Notes: generated by a model not told the origin, from the sequence alone. 64,000 nucleotides of DNA from Callorhinchus milii (GCF_018977255.1 NW_024704798.1:1-64000), one strand, 5' to 3'. Numbered from the stretch's first letter, positions 12,461 through 24,361 are shown. Numbers and translations: made by a program.

Positions 12461-14809
12461 TCAAAGCTGCTATACAAATGTAATTTTGTACTGTATAAAC
12501 CTAATGTTTCGCAAAGAGCTTTTCACATCCAGAGGACGCGTAAAACGGCTTTAAGGATTTACTGACAATGGAGAAGGAACGACAGATGAAACCTTCAACT
12601 AAACAGCACGTCCGCAGCACAGCATTGCAGTGTATTACACAAACACAAATTCCATTACTTTCAAGTCCTAATGTGGGTTTGTGCCCAAAAGCTTCTGTTT
12701 CAGAGCAAGGAATTGTGACTTTTGCTGACACAACTTCACCCATCTTGACTGTTTTTGGCGAACGATTAATCAATTTTAGTGAAGATTCATATCCTTCAAT
12801 GTGAACTGTAAGTTTAAAATGTCTAACACAGAGACTTCGTTCCTAGAACAAAATCATCTAGAGGTTTTGAATCTGAAAGTCAGTGTGCAGTGTGAGTGGG
12901 AGCCTTGTCAAAACAGTAATGTACTATCACATTTGTAACTGCTTTCAAGTGGTGGCAAATAATTTCTCCTCGTTGGGCTCACACTTTTATTGAATTCTAT
13001 ATCTTCCCGATTGCATATTAGCAATTATCGTGACAGTAATAAAATGGTAACATTTGGAAAACTGCTCTGCTTGCTAGATATTTAATACGCTCCTTCCCAA
13101 GGAAAATATTGTTCAACGTATCCCTATTATATGTTATCAGAGGCAGGCCAGGCTGAGGTTATCTTGTGTGCTCAAGTCAGCCAACAATTCAGAAGCTGCA
13201 GAGAGACTAATTGTGAATTCAGTCTGATGGAGGGATACCCTTAAGAAAGTCAATGACCACTGTACAAATTTCAAAAGCTGAGACCAGACACAATCATAAA
13301 CCATGACAGTAATCATTAGAAGGTGATATTTCATATATATATAATATATATATTCATGCTACAGGGGCTAAACGGATTCAGGTCAAATTTAGGCCCATTA
13401 GGCCCAAAATTCTATCGCATTGCACACTATGAGATTTATGTTGTTATCAATAACAATGATAATAATCACTGTGTTTGGTTTAGTCCCTCTCACGTCACCA
13501 GGACCTTTGAAGAGGTGTCTGGGCCAACGTAGCAGATCAATTACCCACAGCAGGAATTTGGGCTGTATGATCTCCCATTGAGGTGCTGCCCGGCTCAGAT
13601 TGTTCAGCTCAGCACAGGCAGGAGATAAAGCTCTGTCAGTGTATAAAACATGGTGCTATAAATATTCTAACGCAGAGCTGCATGTTTCTATATTTAAATA
13701 GCCGTGTATCTGAAGCTGTTTCTGGGTGAGGGGCTGATGAACGTGGGACGGAAAAAGCTGCTGGTCACCGGAGCGAAGAACCAACTCAAGCGGAACTGTC
13801 GTTGCCATTTTTGTTCTCAGCAAAACTGTACCTGAAGTTACACGTTTCACTTAACAGCTCTTGTTTAATGCTGAGTTACTGGGAATCTGAATAATTTCGA
13901 AAGCAGCGGCAAGGCACAATTAACACAAAAGGAACAGGAAAGAGAGGAATCAAACAGCGCAATTAATTTTAACATTTTTTATTGATGCTTCAGGCAAAAA
14001 ATATAGAGAATCTGGAGATAGTATGAATGAGGAGCAGATACAAAAAATAGCTTCAGATTAAAATCAAGGTACAGAGTACCACAGGCACTGTCTTTCTGTT
14101 TCATTACACCACACAAATGGTAATCACAAATAAAGAACATCAGAGAGGCGTGAATGTACCATTATTATTCATTATTACCAAAGTCACAATGTAACACAAA
14201 GTAGCAATAAGAAAGGCTTCTAAACTTCAGGTAGTTGCCTAAAAAATAGTATACTTTCAGCGGATTTGTACAATGGGTGAAAATAGACATCACATAATCT
14301 GTCACGAGGCACAGTTGTTACACATAAACGGATGCGACACACTGGTGAAGCTGATCTTAAGAAACTCATTGTGCTTATTTTTGTCTCTATGTATCCGCAC
14401 AGATACGCGCACAAACATACAAACACAGATACAAACATACACATGAGTCCAACTGATTCTGTGTGAATCTGAGTTTGTCTGCTGGGACTGAAAAAGGCAG
14501 AAAGCCTTCGACATGCTTTATATTGTCCACAATAACTCACAGATACACTAAATCTTTAAATAACCATTGCCCCTTGCCTGTGTCCATAGCAGGTGAGCAT
14601 ATGCCAGGTGTGATAGGCTGTGTAGGGGTGATAGAATATTTTGATCACCCTACACACAGCCCAGTCACAAGGATCGTGGCCTGTAGGTGCAGGTTGAGAT
14701 TCGCAGCAGAGTGGTTGCAATGAGCATCACTATCAGGATTCCCATGGACCAAGTATTTAAAAGCAGCTGTTACACCGCATCATGGCGTCAATGCATTTAC
14801 TCTCCTCAC

Positions 14810-14940
14810 CTTAACTAGAGTGACGGTGGCGCTGTAGAAAATATTCAGGAAGAAGAAGATGATGAATTTGGAAGCAGTAGGCCAGATGTTGTCACATTTA
14901 ACTGCTTGAAAACTTTGCAGAATTATCTCGATTGGGAAAG
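14810..14940 (-). CDS. Second (duplicated) IgH transmembrane exon TM1b: (A)[43 protein letters not shown]
   Basis: 131 nt, same length as TM1a, open frame, acceptor cctcacag and donor AAG|gtgagg intact; expression unknown. Confidence 0.7.
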
Positions 14941-15380
14941 CTGTGAGGACAAATAAGGGCAAATATCTTCAGAGCGAAATGAAACCTGAGTCAATTCTTA
15001 TTTTTCCTGTTGGATTATTAATGTATTTTCAGTTTGATAGTCAATCCCTTTGTTAAGCTGCACAGAAACATATGCAGATTCTTCCAAACTTTTAATATGA
15101 AGAGAAATAAAGAAAACAATTGTTTTATTATTTGTTCCTCTCAATTATAGAATTTAGAGAAGAATCTGTGGAACACTTGCCAAAAATTTCAGGAAATACA
15201 TAATGAAGGAAATGCTCCCATTGAGACTGTGCTGGTCGTAAAAGGACAGATCTACTCCAGTCCTCCAATTCCACCTTCCTGTCTGTTCTATTGCAAGTTC
15301 ACATCGTCACTGTTCAAATACCATTTAGAATTCCTTTACATTTAGATATTGATGAAGAACCTTCTTTTCTAAAAAGTTCA

Positions 15381-15540
15381 TGGCTGAAACTGATAGATTT
15401 TTAACAATAGAGGGATTAGGGGATATGGAGATAGGGCAATTTATTACAGATAGGTCTGAAGATCAACCATAATCTTATCAAATGGCGGGGCAGGCTCGAG
15501 GGGCCGAGTGGCCTAAACCTGCTCCAAATTGTTATGTTCT
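15381..15540 (+). mobile_element. CR1 3'-tail insertion specific to duplication unit A
   Basis: ATGGCGGGGCAGGCTCGAGGGGCCGAGTGGCC tail; absent at the equivalent site (~19840) in unit B. Confidence 0.75.
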
Positions 15541-16239
15541 CGATATAAAATTCGACTGAGCTTTTATATTTCACGGTGATTTTCTTGGATGTTTTATATA
15601 CATGTGTCGCCTTTCAGTGCATCATTCTTACAAAACTTTAATAAATTTGAAAGCTTGTATTTGCTTCTCTTCCCTTTCTCTTTTACCGTCTCTTTTTCGA
15701 GAGCAGCCACAATGTTTGAAGCGGAACCTCATCACTGTAACGTCAATCACAGGCGTCATCTTTATTGATCTTTGTGAATCTGCTCAAAATCCTCTCAGCT
15801 GCTCGTACATCCTTTATTTAATAAAATGCCCAGAACCGCACTCTGTACTCCACCCAGAATCCTGCTAATTTCATATTTAATTGACATTCATATTTCATAT
15901 TTAAGTGACCTTTTGATATATGGTCTATCGACCGATAATACTCCAAATTTTCCACACTGCCCTGAAACAGAAGCTTTTCCTTCTGTTTCAATATAGAACT
16001 GCAATTCCACTTTTCAGCCAACTCAGCTAAAAGGTCTGTAATTTTAAGCAATTGCCCATGTTGCTCCTGACTGTGACCCACACCCCTATTATGCTATCAT
16101 CAATAATCTATAAATAGCAACATGTCGATTTCAAAACCGTTCATATTATAGTAAAGCAGTGGAGGATCCGGCAAAAACGTCTGTGTAAATCAACTAAAGC
16201 AATTCAGGATTAAATGTAACAGGATTCATCCAGAGCGAT

Positions 16240-16925
16240 ATTGACTGTGTGTTGGCCTGGGTGAGCGTGAGTGTGTGTGTGTAGCCCTGTGTTGAAGTGA
16301 GTGGTTTGTGAGTGTATGTGGGCATTGATGGATGCGAGAGAATCTGGGTTTTTGTGGGTGTGTGCGAATGTGTAAGGTCCTTGTTGAGTGTGAGTGTACA
16401 TGAGTTTTGAACCTGGGTGGATTTGAGTGTGTTTGAGTGTGTATGGATTTCGGTGACAGTGTGTGGGCCTGCATGGAATTTCTTATGTGACAGTGTGTGT
16501 GAGCCTGGATGGAATTCAGTATGTATAATTGTGTGGGAGCCTTGGTGGATGTGAATGTGTAGGTGTGGGATCCTGGTTGTGTGATTGTAAGTAAGTGTGA
16601 GTGGGCCTGGTTGCGTGTGAGTGTGTATGGAACTGTATGGAAGCCTATTTGTGTGAGTTTCGCTGCCTTAATTGATGTAAGGGTGCGTATGTGTTGGCGC
16701 CTGTACGTGTGTGTGCGAGTGTGGATGTTGGTGCGAGTATGTGCGAGTTTGTGTGATCCTAGGTGGATGTTTGAGTGTGTGAGCCTGATGTGGAGTTTGT
16801 GAGTCTGTGTTTGTGTTGTCTGTGTGTTTGGGAACCTGGTGGACATGTGAACGATTGTGGACGTTGGTCGACATGATTGTGTGTGTGAGGGTGTGTGGAT
16901 GTGAGTGTGAATGAATGCGTTTACA
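16240..16925 (+). repeat. GT-rich low-complexity tract (paralog at 20570-21215)
   Basis: Degenerate (GT)n/GTGA repeats in both duplication units. Confidence 0.85.
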
Positions 16926-17503
16926 TACAATGTAAAAGTACGGCTAAGCGTGTGTTTAAGTGAACATTTCCATCCCGGAACAGTTCTGTGTAAGAAGTAT
17001 TTACTTTAAAGGAAATGTAGTATAAAAGGACGCTGCTTACAGCAGAGATGCTGTTGCATGCGGATTGCGATGCTATTCGGTGGAAATGAAAGTATCATGG
17101 AAAGGAACAGGTGCAGCTGACTTGTGCAATTCTAAATGAAACTGCAAATAAAATCCAGTACTAGATTGGGTGGTAGCAATTAATGTAGATTAGTTTGGGA
17201 GCATTAGCGCCTTTTTTTGATCAACCCAGTTTCTGACACGTGTCAACCCATCAAACTGCTTAATACTCACATAACAATCTGATAGTTTATTAATTGATGT
17301 TCACATCGCCTCAAAGAAAGGATGTATCTCTCCTTATTATAGAAGTTGTCTGTGTAATTAGTTGTAAATCATGCCCGCTGTAGCTGACTCATCAGTACAA
17401 CTCTAATCTTTGTTTGAGTTACTTTTTTATGAAACAAAACAGGCAATGCAATGGTAGGGAGGCGCATGCCTAAGAGATAAAGAAACATGGTATTGAGAGA
17501 CAC

Positions 17504-17613
17504 TCATTGACAGGCATTGACGGTGTCCGTCAGGATAAGGGAAAAGTTTACAACACTCGGTTTCCCGCTGGATTTATTAACTTTTCTGGTCAGGGTCTTC
17601 AGTGGGAATGTTT
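17504..17613 (-). pseudogene. Orphan copy of CH4 3' end plus secretory tailpiece ([35 protein letters not shown])
   Basis: Ungapped match to 21798-21907; truncated at the duplication junction with no splice acceptor; internal donor GTAAAC changed to GGAAAC. Confidence 0.88.
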
Positions 17614-18607
17614 AGGCCTATTAGGCCGAGATTACTATTGCATTGCAGCCTGTGAGGTTTATGTCGTTATCAATAACAATGATAAGTATCATTGTGTTTG
17701 GTTTCGTGTCTCTCACACCAGCAGGACGTCCCAATGATTTTCACAGTATAACTGTGAAGAGGTGTATGTGCCAAAGTCGCAGCAGGAATTTGGGCTTAAT
17801 GGTCTCCAATTGAGGTGCTGCACTGTTCAGATTGTCCAGCTCAGCACAGGCAGGAGATAAAGCTCAGTCAATGTATAAAACAGATTGCGCTCTCACTTTG
17901 TGCTATAAATACTCTAACACAGAGCTGCATGTTACTATATTGGAACAGTCATGTGTCTGAAGCTGTATCTTGGTGAGGTGCTGATGAATGTGCGACGGAA
18001 AAAGCTGCTGTTCACTGGAGCGAAGGACCATCTCAAGCGGAACTATCATCGCCTTTAGTGTTCTCAGCAAAGCTGCAACTGAAGTTTGACATTAAATTTA
18101 ACAGCTTTTGTTTAATGCTGAGTTACTGGGAATCTGAATCATTTGGAAATCAACAGCAAGGCACAATTGACACAAAAGGAACAGGAAAGAGGAATCAAAC
18201 AGATCATTGAATTTGTAATATTTTTATTGATGCTTCTGGCAAACAACAGACAGAATCTGGAGATAATATGAAACCGGAGCAGAATCAAAAATTCAGATTA
18301 AAATAAGAGGACAAATTATCTCAGCCACTAACTTTCTGTTTCTTTACACCAATAAAATGGGAAACAGCATAGAGAGAATATCAGAGAGGCGTGACAGTAA
18401 CAACTTCAGTTATTGTTACCTAAAGGCACATTTCTAAAATAAACTAACAATAACAAAAGCCACTAAAGTTCAAGTAGTTGCACAATACAATGTTTAATTT
18501 AAGTGATTTGTACAATGAGTGAAAAATGGCAGCGCGTAATCTTTCACACGACGCTGTTGTTAAGCACAAACGGACGGGACACATCGTTGAAGCTGATCTT
18601 AATTAAT

Positions 18608-18616
18608 TCATTTTAC
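18608..18616 (-). CDS. IGHM: IgH TM2 exon (VK*)
   Basis: Minus strand ttttattttccag|GTA AAA TGA, in phase 0 after TM1a; AATAAA at 18228-18223. Confidence 0.85.
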   Translation of the reverse strand, partial: VK

Positions 18617-18712
18617 CTGGAAAATAAAAATAAAGATGTCATGATATTTAAGGTTGTGTTTATAAGTGTATATCAATTCAAACAGGTAAACACACACAAA
18701 CATACAAACATA

Positions 18713-18925
18713 CGCCTCATAATAATCCCTCAAAAAAACAAAAAAAATTGGTCATTTTGAATCCATGACTGTTTGTCGGACATTGCTGTGCACAATTGGC
18801 TGCCGCGTTGGCCCACAAATATACACTCAATTCACATCACAGTATGTACTGTGAAGCGCTTTGTGACGTCCTCCCGACGTGAAAAGCGCTATATCAAATG
18901 CAAGGAGTATTATTTTTATCATTAT
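18713..18925 (+). mobile_element. 5'-truncated SINE in the TM1a-TM2 intron, specific to unit B
   Basis: Same core and tail as 7128; absent from the equivalent region of unit A (~14420). Confidence 0.85.
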
Positions 18926-19255
18926 TATGCACACACACAAGGATACACAAGAGTCCAACTGATTCTGTGTGAATTTGTATTTGTCTGCTGGGGCTGACAC
19001 AGACAGTAATCCTTGCACCTTGCCTGTGTCTATAGCAGGTGAGCATATGCCAGGTGTGATAGGGTGTGCAAGGGAGATGGGATATTAGGAACACCCTATA
19101 CACAGCCCAGTCACAAGAATCTTGGCCTGTAGGTAGAGTTTGAGTTTGACAACAGAGTGGTTGCAATGAGCTTCACTATTAGGCTTTTCATGCACCGAAT
19201 ATTTAACAGCAGCTGTTGCACGACATCGTGGCCTCAATGCATTTGCTCTCCTCAC

Positions 19256-19386
19256 CTTAAAAAGAGTTACGGTAGCGCTGTAGAATATGTTCAGGAAGAA
19301 GAGGATGATGAAGGTGGAAGCAGTAGGCCAGAGATTATCACACTGAACTTCTTGAAATCCTTCCAGCATCATCTCGTTTGGCAAAT
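19256..19386 (-). CDS. IGHM: IgH transmembrane exon TM1a: (D)[43 protein letters not shown]
   Basis: Matches the IgM TM signature NLWxTASTFIxLFxLxxFYSxTVTLFK; acceptor cctcacag, donor AAG|gtgagg; phase fits the CH4 internal donor at 21859. Confidence 0.92.
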
Positions 19387-21702
19387 CTGTGAGGATATAA
19401 AAAGGGAAAAATCTTCAGAGCGCATTGACACCTCAGACATTTCTTATTTTTCCTGTTATATTATTAACGTATTTAGAGATTCCGAGTTAATTAAGGGCCC
19501 TCTCCGTCTATTAAACAACACTGAACTTCATGCCATTTCTTCCAAACTTTTAATTCAAAGGCAAATGAATAAAAACATTATTTTATCGTATACTCCACTC
19601 AATATAGATTCCGCGGAAGAATTTGAGGAACACTTTGGGAAAGCTCAATTTGTGGAAATGCAGAAAGAAGGAAGTTCTCCCATTGAGACTCTTCTGGTAG
19701 TAAAAGGACAGATCTACTCCAATCCTTCAATTCCACCTTTCTTTCTGCCCTATTGCAAGTTCACATCGTCTCTGTTCAAATATTATTTGAAATTCCTTTA
19801 CATTATAATGCTGAGGTGAAGATTTCTCTATTCTAAACAATTCTCGATATAAAAATCGACTTTGCCATTATATTTTACAGTGATTTTACTGGACCTCTTA
19901 TACCCATTTTTATGGATACTATCGCTTTTCACTGTATCAGCCTTTCAAAACTTAAATACATTTGAAAACTTGTATTTGCTGATCTTCCCTTTCTGATTTA
20001 CCTGCACATTCCTTTCGAGAGCTGCCGCGCTATGTGAAGCTATTCCTCAACACATTAACGTCAGTCACAGGTACCATCTCTATTGACCTTTGTGAAACTT
20101 CCCAAAACCCTCTCAGGAGCTCTTATTTCCTTTGTTTAATAAAATGCCCAGAACCGCACACTGTACACCACCCATAATCCTGGTAAATTTATATTTAATT
20201 AACAGTCGATTGCCCAACAAAAAACACAGGGTCCATTTTTACTCCATTTGATATGCGCTCCCATCGACTATTACTCCAGGTTTTCCACTCGTCACTTATA
20301 ACAGAAGCAGTTACTGAATATTGAACTGCAATTCCACTTTTCGGCCAACTCAGCTAAGGGGTCTGTAATCTTATACAATTGCCAAAGTTATTCCTGACTG
20401 TGTCTAACAACCCTATTAGACCATCATCTCTTTTATCATGGATAGCCATGTCGATTTCGCAATCGTTAATATTATTGTAGGAACCGGCACAAACGTCTCT
20501 GAAATTAACTAAAGTAAATGAGGGTTAAATTTAAAAAGGTTCATCCATAGCGCTATTGATTTTGTATTGTCTTGGGTGAGTGTGAGTCTGTGTGTGTGGT
20601 CATTCGTGGATGTGTATATATGTGTATATGTGCGTGTTCCTGCATGTATGTATTTGTGTGGCGACATGGGTTGATGTAAGCGTGTGTGAGTGTTTGCCTT
20701 GGTGGATGTAAATGTGTCAAGTTGTCTGTGCAATTAATTGTAAATATGGGTATGTGAGTGTGTTTAAGTGTGCGTGGGCCTGGGTGAGTGTGAGCTTACG
20801 GGGGCCTGGATGGAAGTGGGTGTGTGTGAGTATCTGTGGGCCTTAATGGAAATCAGTGTGAATGTGTCGGCCCAGTAAGTGTGTGTGCGGAAATGTGTAG
20901 GGGATTGTTTGGATGTGGATATAAGTGAGTTTGTGTGAGCCATGGTGGATGTGTGAGTGGGTGTGAGTGTGTGCGGGACTGGGTGGACGTGAGTTTGCGT
21001 CTGCAAGTGTCTGCATGTGTGGACCTGCGGGGATGTGTGAGTGTATGTGTGTGTGGCCCCTGGGAGGATGTGAGTTTGTGTGTCTGTGTCTGTGTGTGTA
21101 TGTGTGTGTGTTTGTGAACATGGATGGACACGTGAGAGTGTGTGGGCCTGGATGGATATGATGGTGTGTGTGAGTATGTGTGGATGTGAATTTGAATGAA
21201 TGCATTTTGTTACAATGTACGTGTATGGCTAAGCTTATGTTTAAATGAACATTTTCCTGTATTCGGATCAGTTTCAGTGTGAGAAGTATATACTTTTAAT
21301 GGAAATGTAGCAATAAAAAGCCGGAGTTTACGTCCGCGATGTTATTACACGTGGAATGCGATGCTATTCGGTGGGAAAGAAAATATGTTGAAAAGGAACA
21401 GGTGTAGCTTCACTGTGCTATTCTGAATCAAACTGCAAATAAAGTACAGTCTGAGTTGAGCTGTAGCAAGTAAAGTAGAATAATTTCGGACGGGTAACTT
21501 TTTTTTGGTCACCCGGGTGTCTGACACCTGCAAACCCATCACGATGATTAAGAGTGTACAAACCAACCTGACTGTCCTATTAACTTGATGCTAACATCCC
21601 CCCAAAAATGAGTGTATCTCTCCTTTCTATGGAATGTGACAGTGAAGTTAATTAATTGCAAATCATCCTCTCTGTACCTGTCACATCAATGCAACTATAA
21701 TC

Positions 21703-21708
21703 TTTATT
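21703..21708 (-). terminator. Poly(A) signal of the secreted IgH transcript
   Basis: AATAAA on the minus strand ~90 nt after the secretory stop codon. Confidence 0.7.
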
Positions 21709-21797
21709 TGAGTTACTTGTTCATGAAAACAAACAGCCAATGCAATGGGAGGGAGGCGGTTGCATAAGAGAATAGGCAACATGGTATTGAGGGTCAC

Positions 21798-22189
21798 TCA
21801 TTGACAGGCATTCACGGTGTCCATCAGGACAAGGGAAATATTTACAAAACTCGGTTTACCGCTGGATTTATTAACGGATCTGGTCAGAGTCTTCATTGGG
21901 AAAGTTTCATGTCCGACCACACAGGAGTAGGAGTTTCCTCTGCCCCAGTCTCCGGCTGAGATGGACAACATGCTGTACATGGAGTAGTTGCGATCTGCAC
22001 TTTCTGCCATCACATCAGTGTTCTTGTATTTACTGCCATCAATCAACTGGTCATTCTCAGTCCACTGCACAAAGATCTCTTTGGGAGCGAAGTCCTTCAC
22101 CAGGCAGGTGAGGGTGACAGACTGCTGAGCAGACAATTCTTCTGCCGACGGGAGGAGGAGATACACTGAAGGTCGTTTCACGTGCTCCA
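21798..22189 (-). CDS. IGHM: IgM-like CH4 exon with secretory tailpiece GKPSFVNISLVLMDTVNACQ*
   Basis: C1-set domain (PSVYLL...VTLTCLVKDFAPKEIFVQW...YSCVVGHE); acceptor ttccaacag; internal donor G|GTAAAC at 21860/21859; tailpiece has an N-x-S site and penultimate Cys. Confidence 0.95.
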
Positions 22190-22446
22190 CTGTTGGAAGA
22201 ATACAATCGAATCAATACACTGAAAGTGGTCAATCAGAGAAAAGTTTGAAGCATAAGAGCCTGCAGAATAAGCTGAGATTGATGTGTTTTTCTGTTAAGA
22301 CTGCGTTCAGCTGTTTGTAATTGCACGTGCGAATGGGAACACGGATGTTGATTGAAATCTCTCGGCAGCAATTTATTATTTGCACACAGTGGTGTTACTA
22401 TATTCTGGAATTATAATAAACACGTAAATTATTTTGCACTCCTCAC

Positions 22447-22758
22447 CTGTCTTCTTAAACGTCTTTTCTCTGATGGGAGATGGTATATCATCATGGCTGG
22501 CGACACAGAAGTATTCTTTACCACTGTTCCAGTCTAATACAGAAATGTTTAATTTACTGATCACTTTCTGAGGCTCAGTGGCAGAAGTTTTCCCATATCC
22601 AGACTGCAAATGTGTATTTCCTTGTGTCCAAGTCACGTTGACGTGAAGTGGTGCATTAACCACGACACATGTTAGCGTTACAGAGGAATCCATCAAAACC
22701 TGTCGCTGTGCAGGTGGCAGGAAATAGATCTTGACACCTCCAGAGGGATCCTCGCATT
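22447..22758 (-). CDS. IGHM: IgM-like CH3 exon (ECEDPSGGVKIYFLPP...TLTCVV...YFCVASHDD...KKT)
   Basis: 312 nt, phase 1/1, acceptor ttttctag, donor G|gtgag, canonical C-W-C spacing, extra N-terminal Cys. Confidence 0.93.
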
Positions 22759-23391
22759 CTAGAAAAGTAAAAGAAACTTAGAAAGACAAAGAACAGCCCA
22801 TTTCCAGAATTTCATATTGGGTCAAGTTAATCAATGACCGCCCAATGAAGATTCTCACTTTCTGGCTCATCTGACCACAGATTGTTGTTTCCTATTTCAA
22901 CTATCAATCGTTGATGGAATAATTTACTGGAAAGTTGAGCAATCCTGCCTGAAGCATTGCGTGATATTTGGCCTATTGATTTCCAATTCCCTCCGACGGA
23001 CAACCGCTCATGATGTAACACATATGATGGATGAGCTGTGACTCTGTGTTTATATGTATATCTGCCCTGGTTGATACAAATTGTGATCAGAAAGTTCAGT
23101 GGGAGTAGATGTTGAGGAAGCGGGTGGAATATGAGCAAAACAGCCACAATCCCGTGGACCTGTGAGTGATGCCTGAGCTCCTCATGAGCAGCAGATCAGA
23201 AACATGGCCTTTGTTGCTACCCACTGAATACAGCGTGAGAATTGGGGCCCGGTTTCCTCATGCCGTTCCCAGTGAAATATCCAAATGGGGCTGAAAGCAA
23301 TGCATTAATAGAGCTCTCACCAGTGGACATTTGAACGGAAACTGAGAGTGACGTTCTTGCCATGTGTACCAACTATTGCCGTGTTTCCCAC

Positions 23392-23712
23392 CTGAGGTGA
23401 TGTTCTTGACAATGATGGTGTGGGTGGGTTCATGGGAAACCTGGCAGGTATAAACCGCGCCACTCCTCCACTCTCTGGCGGGGACAGTCAGGCGGCTGCT
23501 GGTGCTGAATGTCACGTTGTCTCCTTTAACCGAGGGAGAACTCACAACACCTGAGGTGATGGGCAGCCAGTCTCTTAGCCATTTAACCCGGAGTATGTCC
23601 GGATGAAAACCAAATGCTAAGCAGACAGCAGTGGCCTGGTTGTGCCTGGTGATGTCTTCAGGGGAAGTTTGTGTGAGGATAACAACTGGCGGCGATGGCT
23701 TAGGTACATTAT
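23392..23712 (-). CDS. Second CH2-like constant exon (DNVPKPSPPVVILTQ...AVCLAFGF...YTCQVSHEPT...KNITS)
   Basis: 321 nt, open, acceptor ctattccag, donor G|gtggg; about 77% aa identity to the 24437-24766 exon by manual alignment. Confidence 0.92.
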
Positions 23713-24302
23713 CTGGAATAGATTAAACGATAGGTCATGTTTTGCTCCATGGACATACATATTGCTATGTGAAGCTTATACCAATATTGAAAAAAAACAT
23801 TGAGCTCAGCCACGATATGGACACTTCTCACTCATTGACCTTTCTATCTTCCTAGTCAAGATAATCATATCTTTTTTTCCTTCAGAAAGATAGAAATTAT
23901 GTAACCTACTCAATCACTGCTTTTGATATATTCCACTAAATCAGCAATCGGGAAATGAGTGTGGTACCATCAGACCGTAGAAGGTTTTCTGTGATGGCAG
24001 TGTTGAAATATCCTGGTGAAGAAAATTGAGATGCCCATTTCTACGATGCTGATTGTTCTACCCTTAACATTAATGATTATAATTATCGTTGCGTTCCATA
24101 TAGTGCCTCATCACTTCCTCGGGACGTCTCCAAGTGCTTTACAGACAATGCTGTCGTGTCAATTAATTTTTCTCTGTGTGAAACGAGGCAGCCAGTGGCG
24201 CCCAGGAGATACACCAACTCATTGACAACCCGTTCCCGACTTACTGCTGGATAAGCAGAGGCAAGTGATGTAACAAAAAGTGCCCAACATCTTGCTCTGT
24301 CT

Positions 24303-24361
24303 GGGAAACGAACCCACGTCTGTCGCTTGCAAGGCGAGGGCTCTAACCACTGATCTACAGG
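24303..24361 (-). mobile_element. Isolated tRNA-like SINE head in the intron between the two CH2-like exons
   Basis: Reverse complement resembles the 7128 head (CTGTAGATCAGTGGTTAGAGCCCTCGCCTTGCAAGCGA...GGGTTCGTTTCC). Confidence 0.65.

Larger units (their letters stand above)
13388..17610 (-). repeat. Distal copy (unit A) of a ~4.3-kb tandem duplication of the IgH 3' end
   Basis: Colinear similarity to 17611-21907; left edge TTTAGGCCC(13388) matches TTTAGGCCT(17611); 17504-17613 aligns to 21798-21907 at a constant 4294-bp offset. Confidence 0.92.

Noticed and set aside
16226-16930. His/Thr-rich and Cys/Val-rich ORFs (also 6033-6520, 20764-21205, 49112-49563)
   Set aside because: Translations of (CA)/(GT) low-complexity tracts.
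19157-19819. 220-aa plus-strand ORF overlapping TM1a
   Set aside because: It is antisense to the IgH TM exon and intron, and the paralogous frame in unit A has a TAG at 14816-14818; no recognisable domain.
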